A stretch of 64,000 nucleotides of DNA from Gemmatimonadaceae bacterium (GTDB lineage: Bacteria; Gemmatimonadota; Gemmatimonadetes; Gemmatimonadales; Gemmatimonadaceae). The stretch's first letter is position 1. Every line of letters starts with the position of its first letter. The position numbers and the translations under genes are program-made. The notes under the pieces are model-generated. The model had not been told where the DNA came from. It made no database searches and saw nothing but the letters and a program-made list of their open reading frames with translations. The stretch lies in assembly GCA_045803545.1 (NCBI GenBank), contig JBJMOW010000004.1, positions 352,001 through 416,000 on the forward strand, in the 5' to 3' direction. This document shows positions 46,939 through 58,236 of the stretch, in pieces.

Positions 46939-48365
46939 ACAGCGCGCAGGATCAGCTCGTTGCCGCGAGCGATTTCCAACTCAGGTCTCAACGCGTCTCG
47001 TGCTGCCTGAAGCTGTGCGGCCACTGAAGCCGGACCGGTCGCGCCAGGTACCTCACGGCGCGAAACCGACATTGTCGGCTCCAGCCAATCGAGAACGTCA
47101 TCACCGAAGAGACGGTGTGCTGCCTTGAACGCAGCAAGCGGAAGCGCGTCGAGCTCACATCCTTCCCGTTCGCTATCACGGATCAACGAGCCGATCGCTG
47201 AGTGAGCTTCACGGAAAGTCGCACCCTTTTCGACGAGATAATCGGCAAGATCTGTCGCCATCATACTGCTCGATATCGCGCTGCGCATCCGCTTCTGGTT
47301 GAAACGTATCTCCTGCAACGCACCCGCCACGGCCGGAAGCACCAGAAGCACGGTGTCCACACCATCGAACAGCACTCGTTTGTCATCCTGAAGATCTTTA
47401 TTGTATCCGCTCGGCAAGCCCTTGAGTGTTGACAGTAGAGTGCTGAGATCGCCGATCGCTCGCGCGCCTGAGCCGCGTGCTAGTTCGAGTGCGTCCGGAT
47501 TCCGCTTTTGCGGCATCATGCTAGACCCCGTGGTAAACGCGTCTCCGAACTGGACGAAACCGTATTCACTCGAACCGTAGATGATGAGATCTTCGGCCAT
47601 GCGTGACACGTGGGTCGCAATCATTGCCACAGCGAACAGCATTTCAGCTACGAAATCACGATCGCCCACAGCGTCGATGCTGTTCTGCGACAGCGAGCTG
47701 AAGCCGAGGCTACCCTGGAGCAAAACGCGGGAAACGGGAAATGCACAGCCAGCGACTGCACCTGCACCGAGTGGAAGCACAGCGGTGACGCGTGCCGCAG
47801 CGGCAACTCGGGCGCGATCACGCTCGAGTGGCCAAAAATGCGACAGCATCCAATGAGCAGCGAGCACGGGCTGGGCGCGCTGCATATGCGTGTAAGCCGG
47901 CATCATCGCGTCGGCCAGTGCGCTCGCGTGTTCCAGCATTACCCGCTGCAGCGAGCGCACAGCGTTATCCAGCTTCGCACACGCGTCCATCGTCCACAGC
48001 CTGGTTGCCGTGGCGACCTGATCGTTGCGACTGCGACCGGTGTGGAGCTTTGAAGCGACGGCTCCGATTTCTTCATGCAGCATGCGATCGATGAGCGTAT
48101 GCACGTCTTCGTCGGATGCGATTGGCTGCGCCCCGGAGGAGAGCTTCTGACCAACCATATCGAGACCGCGCTCGATCTTTTTGCTTTCGTCGAGCGTGAG
48201 CACTCCAGCGCCCCAAAGCGCGACAGCCCAGGCCTGCGAAAGGCTTATGTCAAAAGGCCAGAGACGATAGTCAATGGCAATCGAGCGGTTGAGTGCCTCG
48301 AGCGCAGCGGCAGGGGGTACCGCAAAGCGACCGCCCCACAGCTTGTGTGAAGTGTGATCGGACAT
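46935..48365 (-). CDS. argH: argininosuccinate lyase
   Basis: LWGGRF, HTGRSRNDQ, TGSSMMPQKRNPD. Confidence 0.98.
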   Translation of the reverse strand: MSDHTSHKLWGGRFAVPPAAALEALNRSIAIDYRLWPFDISLSQAWAVALWGAGVLTLDESKKIERGLDMVGQKLSSGAQPIASDEDVHTLIDRMLHEEIGAVASKLHTGRSRNDQVATATRLWTMDACAKLDNAVRSLQRVMLEHASALADAMMPAYTHMQRAQPVLAAHWMLSHFWPLERDRARVAAAARVTAVLPLGAGAVAGCAFPVSRVLLQGSLGFSSLSQNSIDAVGDRDFVAEMLFAVAMIATHVSRMAEDLIIYGSSEYGFVQFGDAFTTGSSMMPQKRNPDALELARGSGARAIGDLSTLLSTLKGLPSGYNKDLQDDKRVLFDGVDTVLLVLPAVAGALQEIRFNQKRMRSAISSSMMATDLADYLVEKGATFREAHSAIGSLIRDSEREGCELDALPLAAFKAAHRLFGDDVLDWLEPTMSVSRREVPGATGPASVAAQLQAARDALRPELEIARGNELILRAV

Positions 48366-48381
48366 AGCGACCTCCTTCAGC

Positions 48382-49650
<1,269 letters not shown>

Positions 49651-49655
49651 GGTCG

Positions 49656-49711
49656 CCTCAATAAGTATTCAGAATCACTGAATATTTAATCGGTTCAGAC
49701 GGGTCCGTCAA
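49656..49711 (-). promoter_or_regulatory. argG promoter with tandem ARG boxes
   Basis: Minus strand: TTGACG ... ACCGATTAAATATTCAGT-GAT-TCTGAATACTTATTGAGG (two 18-mers, 3-bp spacer). Confidence 0.78.
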
Positions 49712-49717
49712 TACTTG

Positions 49718-50176
49718 TCAGGGCTCGCCGGCGAGGCTTTTGAGTCGGCGATGAGTGCGCTCTCTGGCAGCAACGGAGCGACAGATGATCAGGATCGTGT
49801 CATCTCCGCCAACGGTGCCCAGGATGTCGCTCCAGCCTTCGCCATCCAACGCAGCCGCAATGGGTTGAGCGCCGCCGGGCACTGTCCGCAATACCAGCAT
49901 TTCGCTGACACCATCAACCCTGAGAAACAATTGGGGGAGGAGGGTATCGAGTGCAGCTCTGCTCTCCTCGATATTGCCATCGGTAACGGCGTAGCGCGCA
50001 CCTTCAGGGGTGGGCACGCGCGCCAGGCGGAGCTCACGGAGGTCGCGGGAAAGCGTTGCTTGCGTTACGTCCCAGCCGCGCTGAAGCAACAGCTTGCGCA
50101 GGTCTTCCTGGCTGCTGACTGCCCGTGACTCGATGATCTCGAGAATGGTATCGTGTCGTTCGCGTTTGTTCGCCAC
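49718..50176 (-). CDS. argR: arginine repressor
   Basis: QEDL, VTQATLSRDL, GTVGGDDT. Confidence 0.96.
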   Translation of the reverse strand: MANKRERHDTILEIIESRAVSSQEDLRKLLLQRGWDVTQATLSRDLRELRLARVPTPEGARYAVTDGNIEESRAALDTLLPQLFLRVDGVSEMLVLRTVPGGAQPIAAALDGEGWSDILGTVGGDDTILIICRSVAARERTHRRLKSLAGEP

Positions 50177-50227
50177 GGGATGATTCTACTACGCCCGTCA
50201 CCAATTCGCGAGACAAGGCGTGAATCA

Positions 50228-50279
50228 TTGACGCGCCCTCGGTGTAATGTTATGCATTCACTATGCATAAAATTCCGGT
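50228..50279 (+). promoter_or_regulatory. argC promoter with tandem ARG-like boxes overlapping the start codon
   Basis: TTGACG at 50228; GGTGTAATGTTATGCATT-CAC-TATGCATAAAATTCCGGT. Confidence 0.62.
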
Positions 50280-51234
50280 TGGGGTCTTGGGCGCGAGTGG
50301 CTATGCCGGCAGGGAGCTTTGCGGGTTGATCGCACAGCATCCCGGGCTGTCGCTTGCGTTTGCCTCTGCCAACGAGCAGCGCGGGCAGCGCGCCCGGGTG
50401 GGACCGGTAGAGTTAACGTACGTCGCAACCGAGGACGCTCCGCTCAACAAAGCCGAAGTCGTGTTTACCGCTTTGCCGCACGGCACCGCAGCGAAATGGG
50501 TCGCTAATGCCCGATCTGAAGGCGCGCGCGTGGTCGATCTCTCGGCGGATTTTAGGCCTGGCGGAAGTACCTCGCCAGCTGTGCCCGCTCCCTACGGCCT
50601 TACGGAGCTCATGCGCGCTCAGATCCCCGGCGCGGAAATAGTGGCAAACCCCGGCTGCTATCCGACGGCCATTCTGATCGCCATCGCCCCGCTGCTGACG
50701 AACGGGCTGGTGCCGGCTGACGCTACTATAAATGTATCGGCCGCGAGCGGAGTCACCGGGGCCGGCTACTCGGCGCGACCCGATCTGCTCTTCGCTGAAG
50801 TCGTCGAGGATTTCAAGGCGTATGCGGTCGGGAACCAGCATCGGCACATCGCTGAGATGCGGGCTGTCGCAGGCGAGCTGAACGGCGCGGACGTCGACAT
50901 CCTCTTTACGCCGCACCTGTTGCCGGTTGCGCGTGGGATTCTCGCTACGATTACAGTTCCGATCAAGAACGTTATCGAGGACCCGCACGAGCTCTGGCAG
51001 GCTTTCTATAGCAGTGAGCCGTTCGTGGAGATCGCAGATTCGCCGCCCTCGTTGCGTGATGTCGTTCGTCGCAACGTCGTGCGACTGAGCGTGTCCAAAG
51101 CGGCAAACGTCAAACAGCCGACTCTCATCATCATTTCGGCGATCGATAATCTCATGAAAGGTGCAGCGGGGCAGGCGGTACAGAACGCGAATGTGCTGCT
51201 GGGTCTCGCCGAGCAGTCGGGGCTGCCAGCGTAA
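50263..51234 (+). CDS. argC: N-acetyl-gamma-glutamyl-phosphate reductase
   Basis: GASGYAG, ANPGCYPT, DNLMKGAAGQAVQN. Confidence 0.96.
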   Translation: MHKIPVGVLGASGYAGRELCGLIAQHPGLSLAFASANEQRGQRARVGPVELTYVATEDAPLNKAEVVFTALPHGTAAKWVANARSEGARVVDLSADFRPGGSTSPAVPAPYGLTELMRAQIPGAEIVANPGCYPTAILIAIAPLLTNGLVPADATINVSAASGVTGAGYSARPDLLFAEVVEDFKAYAVGNQHRHIAEMRAVAGELNGADVDILFTPHLLPVARGILATITVPIKNVIEDPHELWQAFYSSEPFVEIADSPPSLRDVVRRNVVRLSVSKAANVKQPTLIIISAIDNLMKGAAGQAVQNANVLLGLAEQSGLPA

Positions 51235-52002
51235 ATGCGTGTACTCAAAATCGGGGGTCGAGCACAGCGCGACCCGATGCTTTCGCGCGTAATTCGCGAC
51301 GCCTGGAACGCGGCACCTGGTGAGCTATGTATGGTTCACGGCGGCGGTGATGAGGTCTCGGCGATGCAGCGCGCACTGGGTCGGGAAGCGGCTTTCATTG
51401 GCGGTCGCCGGGTAACTTCTCAAGGCGATCTCGAGCTCTTGCGAATGGTGCTTTCCGGTGTCGTCAACAAAAGGCTGGTTAGCTCACTCGTTGCGGCCGA
51501 TGTACCCGCTATTGGAATCTCCGGTGAGGACGGTGCGTTGATCAGCGCGGCGTTTATCGACCGCGCGCTATTGGGGTACGCGGGGAGACCATTGAGCATA
51601 AACAAGGAACTGCTGGTGTCGTTGTTGAACTCAGGCTATCTCCCGATCATTTCCCCTGTCGCGTTCAATAGTGAGACCGGTGTTGGTGGCGCACTCAACG
51701 TAAACGGTGATGACGCGGCCGCCGCAATCGCGGCATCACTGGCTGCGAGCGAGCTGTTGTTGATCGCGGATGTCGAAGGTGTGCTGGACACCGAAGGTCG
51801 CGTGGTGAGCGCGCTGACGCTCGAACAGGCGCGCGACATGGTTGCGAACGGGACGGCAGCAGCTGGAATGGCAGCAAAACTCGAATCGGCAGAGGCTGCG
51901 CTTTTGAACGGCGTTGCTTCTGTACGGATTTGTGCATTGCGGGGAGTTGCCGACACGCAGTGTGGAACGTTCTTAACTCAATCCCAGAGTGTGGCGATAT
52001 GA
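51235..52002 (+). CDS. argB: acetylglutamate kinase
   Basis: KIGG, VHGGG, GRRVT, NVNGD, GMAAKL. Confidence 0.94.
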   Translation: MRVLKIGGRAQRDPMLSRVIRDAWNAAPGELCMVHGGGDEVSAMQRALGREAAFIGGRRVTSQGDLELLRMVLSGVVNKRLVSSLVAADVPAIGISGEDGALISAAFIDRALLGYAGRPLSINKELLVSLLNSGYLPIISPVAFNSETGVGGALNVNGDDAAAAIAASLAASELLLIADVEGVLDTEGRVVSALTLEQARDMVANGTAAAGMAAKLESAEAALLNGVASVRICALRGVADTQCGTFLTQSQSVAI

Positions 52003-53213
52003 GCACCGTGATGATGCCCGTAGAGAACGAAATAGCATCTTCGACTTCGATCCCGGCGGATCCCTTCCTCGCAACTTACAAACGAGCGCCGATGGAATTC
52101 GTTCGCGGCGAAGGTGTCGAGCTGGTGGACGCTGACGGGAAGCGATATCTCGACTTTGCCAGCGGGATCGCCGTCAATGCGCTGGGCTATGCTGATGCCG
52201 GCATAGCAGCGACGATCGCCGATGCGCTGAGCACCGGTCTGATCCACACATCGAACCTCTATCGTACCGCACCCGGCGAACAGCTGGCGGCGAAACTCGT
52301 CGACCGCTCCTTCGCTTCGCGTGTCTTCTTCTGCAACTCCGGAGCAGAGGCAAACGAAGGTGCGTTCAAGGTCGCGCGTAAGTGGGCGCGCAAGATCGGC
52401 ACCGACGCCAAGGTCGAGATAATCGCGCTACGCGGAAGTTTTCACGGCCGACTGTTCGCGTCTTTGGCCGCGACTGACCGCCCTTCGTACCGGGCGCCCT
52501 TCCGCCCGTTGGCCGGTGGTGTCTCGATCTGCGAGCGCGATCTTTCGGAGCTGGACAGCGCGCTCGACGAAGAGACAGTGGCCGCGCTCATTCTGGAGCC
52601 GATTCAGGGAGAAGGTGGTGTGCGTGTTCTCGATGCCGACTTCGTCCGAAAGCTGCGCGACCTGACAGCGAAACGAGAAATCGCGCTGATCTTCGATGAG
52701 ATTCAGTGTGGGCTTGGCCGGACAGGTCATCTCTTCGCGTACGAAGCGCTGGGAATCACGCCAGACATTTTGACACTGGCGAAGCCGCTGGCCGGCGGAC
52801 TGCCGATGGGGGCGGTACTCGTTACCGAGGAGATTGGATCAACGATGCAGCCAGGAGATCATGGCACCACATTCGGTGGCGGCCCGCTGGTGGCGGCGGT
52901 TGCCGGGTATGTTCTGGACCGACTGTCTGATCCAACGCTGCTTGATTCAGTGCGCACCAACGGTGTCTGGCTGGGAGAGCAGCTCGCGAGGATTGCGACG
53001 CGCTCTGGAAAAGTTCGTGCGGTCCGCGGAATGGGTTATATGTGGGGAATCGACATCGTTGAGCCAGCAGGCGATGTCGTGAAGAGAGGTTGGGAGGCGG
53101 GCCTGCTCGCTCTCACCGCGGGCGAGCATACGCTGCGTCTACTGCCGCCATTGGTAATGGACCGTGTTGGTCTCGAGCGTGGCCTATCGATCCTGGAAAG
53201 AATCATCGGGTGA
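51999..53213 (+). CDS. argD: acetylornithine aminotransferase
   Basis: NSGAEANEGA, EPIQGEGG, DEIQCGLGRTG, AKPL.GG, HGTTFGG. Confidence 0.93.
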   Translation: MSTVMMPVENEIASSTSIPADPFLATYKRAPMEFVRGEGVELVDADGKRYLDFASGIAVNALGYADAGIAATIADALSTGLIHTSNLYRTAPGEQLAAKLVDRSFASRVFFCNSGAEANEGAFKVARKWARKIGTDAKVEIIALRGSFHGRLFASLAATDRPSYRAPFRPLAGGVSICERDLSELDSALDEETVAALILEPIQGEGGVRVLDADFVRKLRDLTAKREIALIFDEIQCGLGRTGHLFAYEALGITPDILTLAKPLAGGLPMGAVLVTEEIGSTMQPGDHGTTFGGGPLVAAVAGYVLDRLSDPTLLDSVRTNGVWLGEQLARIATRSGKVRAVRGMGYMWGIDIVEPAGDVVKRGWEAGLLALTAGEHTLRLLPPLVMDRVGLERGLSILERIIG

Positions 53214-53261
53214 GTTCCGCAGTCGCCAAGCAGCTGGGCGGCAGTTAGAATTTTCGGAGCT

Positions 53262-53768
53262 ATGTCACATCGCTCCGCGCGGGCAGTCCTGACTGCCCGC
53301 TTTCTTTCTCTGGCCATTGCCGGCGCAGGTATCGCCTGCGCCGGAATGACGACAACGAATTCAACTCACGCGATCGCGTCGTTGCCCGCTGACACAATCG
53401 AAGCAAGGCGTCTGTTCGAGGAGAACATCGACGCGATACACAAGCGTGACCGCCAGCGTTATCTCGCTACTTATCTTCATTCGACCACGCTAGGTCGAAA
53501 TGGAGCGAGCGGGCTTGAGCTCGGCTATGACAACTGGAGCGCCCGCCGCGATTCCACGTGGCCGGACACTCTGGTCGCCAAGAATCTTCGCGTGCTTCCT
53601 ATTTCCCCGGGTGTCGTCTACGGTACCTACTGCTACACTGTGACTCAGCACGACACGACGACGAGCGGTGTTTCGGAAAGAATCTTCGTTAAAACGTCTC
53701 AAGGCTGGCGGATAGCGGTGACGACGGCATTCGGCCAGCCGGTTGGTCAACCGTCGCAGTGCAAATGA
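53262..53768 (+). CDS. NTF2/SnoaL-like lipoprotein
   Basis: Lipobox-like GIAC; ends with IFVKT..GWRI. Confidence 0.7.
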   Translation: MSHRSARAVLTARFLSLAIAGAGIACAGMTTTNSTHAIASLPADTIEARRLFEENIDAIHKRDRQRYLATYLHSTTLGRNGASGLELGYDNWSARRDSTWPDTLVAKNLRVLPISPGVVYGTYCYTVTQHDTTTSGVSERIFVKTSQGWRIAVTTAFGQPVGQPSQCK

Positions 53769-55444
53769 TAAAGGGAGTTATGGGAAGAAAGAGTCTGATT
53801 CGCGGTGCACTCGCGGTCGCGGTCATGTTTGGAAGTCCTTCGGTGAATCTGTCGCAGCAGCCTACCGCGCCGGCAACAACTCACCCTGCTGACACGGCCA
53901 CGCCCAAGCTGGTGCTCTTCATTACGATCGATGCAATGCGGTCGGATTATCTGCAGCGTTTCGAACGCCAGCTATCGGGGGGATTGGGCAGGCTCTATCG
54001 GGGCGGTGCTTTTTTCAGCAACGGTTTCCAGGATCACGCGATCACGGAGACGGCGCCCGGTCACTCAGTGACAATGTCCGGAAGGTTTCCGGTTCACACC
54101 GGCATCGTGATGAACGTAGCAGGTGTGAATGACAGCAGCGTCAAGTTGATCGACTCGCCAGGCGGGGGTGCCTCGCCCTTTCGATTTCGCGGCACGACGC
54201 TCACCGATTGGCTGGTTGCGAAGGACCCGCGAACGAAGGTGCTATCCGTTTCGCGAAAGGATCGCGCCGCAATTCTGCCAATCGGCAGATCGAAGCAGCC
54301 GGTGTTCTGGTATCCCGGCAACGGGATTTTCACGACGAGTACTTATTACAGCACGACTTTGCCTGACTGGGTGAAGGCGTACAACGCGCGCAAAGTTCCG
54401 ATGAGTTATGCTGCGCGTATCTGGCGGCCGATGCTACCCGACAGCTCTTACGCCGAACCTGATAGCGTGCCCTACGAAGCAGGAGCGACGGCTTTTCTTT
54501 TCCCGCACGTCATCCCAACCGCGCCTGACTCCGCGGCTGCTTTCCTGGCAGAGTTCCCGTGGATGGATGATGTTACGCTCGACTTCGCGCTGACGGGAGT
54601 AAATGCGCTCAATCTGGGCGCCGGTCCCGAAACCGACGTGCTCGCTATTTCACTTTCCACCACTGACGCGATCGGCCACAAGTACGGACCAGACTCTCGC
54701 GAGCTTCACGATCATTTCCTGCGACTGGACCATGCAGTCGGCGTCTTTCTCGATTCGTTGTTCAAGCTTCGAAACGAAAAGGACATCGTGATTGCTCTGA
54801 CCGCTGATCATGGATTATCGCCGTATCCCGAGGTCCATACAGCGCACGATGCCAACGGGGGAGCAATCCGCGTCAACGTACGCCCAGTGCTACAGAAACT
54901 GAGCAACACACTCGCTGCGCGCGGAGTTCCGGGCAACGGGCTCGAGTACATGAGTGGTGTTTACGCCGGCAACGGTTTCTTCTTCGACAGCGGCGTGCTG
55001 CAGCTGGATCGAGCCGCGCTGCAACGTGCGAATGTGAATGTCGACACATTGTTGACGGGCGTGAGGGCAGATTTTCTGAAAGTCGCCGGGGTCGCGAGAG
55101 CGGACCGCATCTCGACGCTCGCTACTGCGGACACGGTCAGCGATAAGGTTGCCAGGCGCTGGCTGCACATGTTCAGCGATGAGACTACAGCCGCACTGGT
55201 TGTCTCGCTCGCGCCTTATAACTACTGGATGACGTACAATCTCGCGCAACATGGCAGCCCCAATGACCCTGATGCGCGCGTTCCGATCCTGTTCTATGGT
55301 AGTGCGATCAAGCCTGGACGCTACTTAGACTTCGCTACAGTCGCCGACATGGCGCCCACACTCGCGCTTATCACCCACGTCTTGCCGCTGGAAAAACTCG
55401 ACGGTCACGTACTTCAGAATGCGATCCGGCAAAGCACGCCTTGA
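53759..55444 (+). CDS. PafA/PhoK-like alkaline phosphatase
   Basis: ITIDAMR, TETAPGH (Thr nucleophile), S.KDR, D..GH.YGP, TADHG, HGS. Confidence 0.92.
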   Translation: MQMIKGVMGRKSLIRGALAVAVMFGSPSVNLSQQPTAPATTHPADTATPKLVLFITIDAMRSDYLQRFERQLSGGLGRLYRGGAFFSNGFQDHAITETAPGHSVTMSGRFPVHTGIVMNVAGVNDSSVKLIDSPGGGASPFRFRGTTLTDWLVAKDPRTKVLSVSRKDRAAILPIGRSKQPVFWYPGNGIFTTSTYYSTTLPDWVKAYNARKVPMSYAARIWRPMLPDSSYAEPDSVPYEAGATAFLFPHVIPTAPDSAAAFLAEFPWMDDVTLDFALTGVNALNLGAGPETDVLAISLSTTDAIGHKYGPDSRELHDHFLRLDHAVGVFLDSLFKLRNEKDIVIALTADHGLSPYPEVHTAHDANGGAIRVNVRPVLQKLSNTLAARGVPGNGLEYMSGVYAGNGFFFDSGVLQLDRAALQRANVNVDTLLTGVRADFLKVAGVARADRISTLATADTVSDKVARRWLHMFSDETTAALVVSLAPYNYWMTYNLAQHGSPNDPDARVPILFYGSAIKPGRYLDFATVADMAPTLALITHVLPLEKLDGHVLQNAIRQSTP

Positions 55445-56030
55445 CCCCGTCTGGAAAGCATTCGACGAAGCTCAATTCGGGCCAAAGAACAGCCTGAACC
55501 TGCGTGATTCCTTGCCGAGTGCTGCCGACGCGATTTACCGGACCGAAGCGTGGCTGCGCGAGCGTCAAGTGAGCGGTGCCAAGGAAGTACTGATCATCAC
55601 GGGCCGCGGTAACCAAAGTCCTGACGGCGCCCCCGTAGTTCGAAAGGCGGTGCTGAATCTGCTGCCAGGACTGCATCGCCGGGGAGTTGTAAGCGAATGG
55701 CGCGAACATTCTCCAGGCTCACTGGTGGTCGGCCTGCAGCCAATCACTGCGTTGCTCAACGCGCCAAGACGAAAGCGCGATCGGGATGCTGCGCCGGGGA
55801 GCGCGGATCCGCAGTCACTTTCGGCCCTCGACAAGGCAACATTGAAGTTGCTGCGCACTCTGGCAATACGATCGCTGGACAGTCTGGGAGTGCGGGACGC
55901 GGAGAAGTTCATCGAAGCAGAAATGCTGGACAAATTCAATTCGTTGGCTGCCAGCATACCAGCGGGAGAGGGAAGTGAGGCGAGACTACAAACAGCAATC
56001 GCGACCGCTCTCGAGCAATTCGACGAGTAA
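55419..56030 (+). CDS. Smr-domain protein
   Basis: LNLR...A....E.WL...VLIITGRG..S...V+...V. Confidence 0.75.
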   Translation: MRSGKARLDPVWKAFDEAQFGPKNSLNLRDSLPSAADAIYRTEAWLRERQVSGAKEVLIITGRGNQSPDGAPVVRKAVLNLLPGLHRRGVVSEWREHSPGSLVVGLQPITALLNAPRRKRDRDAAPGSADPQSLSALDKATLKLLRTLAIRSLDSLGVRDAEKFIEAEMLDKFNSLAASIPAGEGSEARLQTAIATALEQFDE

Positions 56031-56065
56031 GTGATTCCGCAGCGGACCATCTCACCAAAATTGAA

Positions 56066-58162
56066 ATGAACGGCAAACTTCTCGTCGGTGCGATGCTGGT
56101 GGCGTCGCGGCTGGATGGCCAGAGTCTCTCCGGCTACAGCATCAATTCATCGGCGCATGAGCTTAGCGTGGAGTCAGACGCTGTGAGCCGGCCAAGCGCC
56201 GCCGATGCAGACGCGCACTCTCGTTTCCTGTCACTGCAACCGCACATGGCAGGTACGCCGGCGCAGGCACGGACTCGCGACTACGTGATCTCGCAGATGA
56301 AATCATGGGGCCTCGAGACCGAGGTCCGGTCTTACAAAGTGTGGATGCCACATCCAATCACCACTCGAGTCTGGCGAATCTCGCCGGACCCGGTGGAGCT
56401 GAATCTTGCGGAGGGTCCAATCGCCGAGGACACCACGTCCGTTGCGTATCCTCAGGTGATCGCCTTCAACGGCTATGGCGCGGCCGGTGACGTTAGTGGC
56501 GACGTAGTGTACGTCAACTACGGGCTCATCGAAGACTATGCACAGCTGGATTCGATGGGAGTGTCGGTAAAAGGCAAGATCGCGATTGCGCGCTACGGCC
56601 GTTCGTACCGCGGCATCAAAGCGCGCGAGGCAGAGAAGCACGGCGCTGTTGGATTGCTCATCTACAGCGATCCGGCGGATGACGGCTACACTCGCGGCGA
56701 CGTTTATCCTGCCGGGCCCATGCGCCCCGCGCACGGAATTCAGCGCGGCAGTGTCATGAATCCAAATGGAGATCCTAGCACGCCGGGATACCCGAGCAGT
56801 GAAGGTGCGCGCCGCGTTCCGTTTGTCCGGATGGATGTGCCTCATATTCCGGTGCTTCCAATCTCGTACGGCAATGCATCGGAGTTGCTGCGCGGGTTGA
56901 ACGGCAACTCGATTCCGCAGCCGTGGGAAGGCGGATTGCCGTTCCGCTATCACGTCGGTCCGGGGCCCGTGCGTGCCCGCATTGCGGTCACTACCGATGC
57001 GAACACAAATCCTTATAAAGAGATTTGGGACACGTTCGGCGTAATACGCGGCAGTGATTTTCCGGACGAGATCGTGATGGTCGGTGGACACCGGGATGCC
57101 TGGGGACCCGGCGCTGCAGACAACGTCAGCGGCACAATCAGTGTACTTGAAGCAGCACACGCGATCGCGGATCAGGTCAAAGCTGGAATGCGACCCCGGC
57201 GCACAATCGTCTTCGCGACGTGGGATGCGGAGGAGTGGGGGCTGCTCGGCTCGACGGAGTTTGTGGAAGAAGACTCTCTGAGATTGCGCAATCACGCCGT
57301 CGCGTATCTCAATCAGGACGATATCGCGCAGGGACCGAACTTCAGTGCGGGTGGATCGCCATCATTGCGGGGGATTTTGCGCGACGTGGCGAAGCATGTT
57401 CCGGATCCGAGCAAACAGGGAAGTGTGTACGATGTCTGGCGCAAGCGCGCGAATCTCGCGGCGGATTCCCTGGAGCCGCAAATGGGAGATCCCGGTGGCG
57501 GATCTGACTTTGCCGGTTTCTACAATCATCTCGGCATACCGATCACCGATTGGGGCTTCGGCGGACCGCAGGGCATCTATCACTCCGCATACGACTCGTA
57601 CCACTGGATGTCCAAATTCGGTGACCCCGGTTTTCAGTATCACGCAACCGCGGCAAAGATCGGCGCTGCGATGTTGCTGCGAATCGCGAATGCAGACGTT
57701 CTGCCGTACGACTATATGGAATTCGCCCGCACAATGCGCCGCTTCGCAACGCAAGCGTCACAGGCGATAGCAGAAAAGCACTGGAACGTGTCTGTGGATT
57801 CCCTAACGCGATCTATCGGCAGAATGGAGGATGCTGCATCGGCATTCGCTGCCGCGAGAGATCGCGCGCTTGCTAATCAGCCGTCACTCTCGACGCTACA
57901 ACGCGCAAATGCGGCTCTCCTCGAAGTTGAACGCCAGCTTACACGACCCGAAGGTCTCGTCACGCGATCGTGGTTCAGGAACCTCATCTACGCCTCCGAC
58001 GAGAATAACGGCTACGCGACGATGGTGTTTCCATCTGTGGGAGAAGCGATCAGAGCCGGCGATGCAACGATCGTTACTCGCGAAGTCAACGATCTCGCTA
58101 CTCGCTTCGATGCAGCGACGCGCGCATTGCAGCGAACGACCGAGGTATTTCGCGGAATGTAA
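56066..58162 (+). CDS. M28 glutamate carboxypeptidase II-like peptidase (PA and TfR-dimer domains)
   Basis: PH.AGT, YVNYG..ED, GHRDAW..GA.D, WDAEEWGLLGS, GSDF, YHS.YD. Confidence 0.93.
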   Translation: MNGKLLVGAMLVASRLDGQSLSGYSINSSAHELSVESDAVSRPSAADADAHSRFLSLQPHMAGTPAQARTRDYVISQMKSWGLETEVRSYKVWMPHPITTRVWRISPDPVELNLAEGPIAEDTTSVAYPQVIAFNGYGAAGDVSGDVVYVNYGLIEDYAQLDSMGVSVKGKIAIARYGRSYRGIKAREAEKHGAVGLLIYSDPADDGYTRGDVYPAGPMRPAHGIQRGSVMNPNGDPSTPGYPSSEGARRVPFVRMDVPHIPVLPISYGNASELLRGLNGNSIPQPWEGGLPFRYHVGPGPVRARIAVTTDANTNPYKEIWDTFGVIRGSDFPDEIVMVGGHRDAWGPGAADNVSGTISVLEAAHAIADQVKAGMRPRRTIVFATWDAEEWGLLGSTEFVEEDSLRLRNHAVAYLNQDDIAQGPNFSAGGSPSLRGILRDVAKHVPDPSKQGSVYDVWRKRANLAADSLEPQMGDPGGGSDFAGFYNHLGIPITDWGFGGPQGIYHSAYDSYHWMSKFGDPGFQYHATAAKIGAAMLLRIANADVLPYDYMEFARTMRRFATQASQAIAEKHWNVSVDSLTRSIGRMEDAASAFAAARDRALANQPSLSTLQRANAALLEVERQLTRPEGLVTRSWFRNLIYASDENNGYATMVFPSVGEAIRAGDATIVTREVNDLATRFDAATRALQRTTEVFRGM

Positions 58163-58236
58163 TTGACGAACACACGTCCGGTTACGGTCCAGACATTGCG
58201 ATGACCGATGTCTGACAGAACGGATGGTGTTGTGCG

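Noticed and set aside
56303..57295. 330-aa antisense ORF
   Set aside because: It is a shadow of the M28 peptidase with no independent coding signal.
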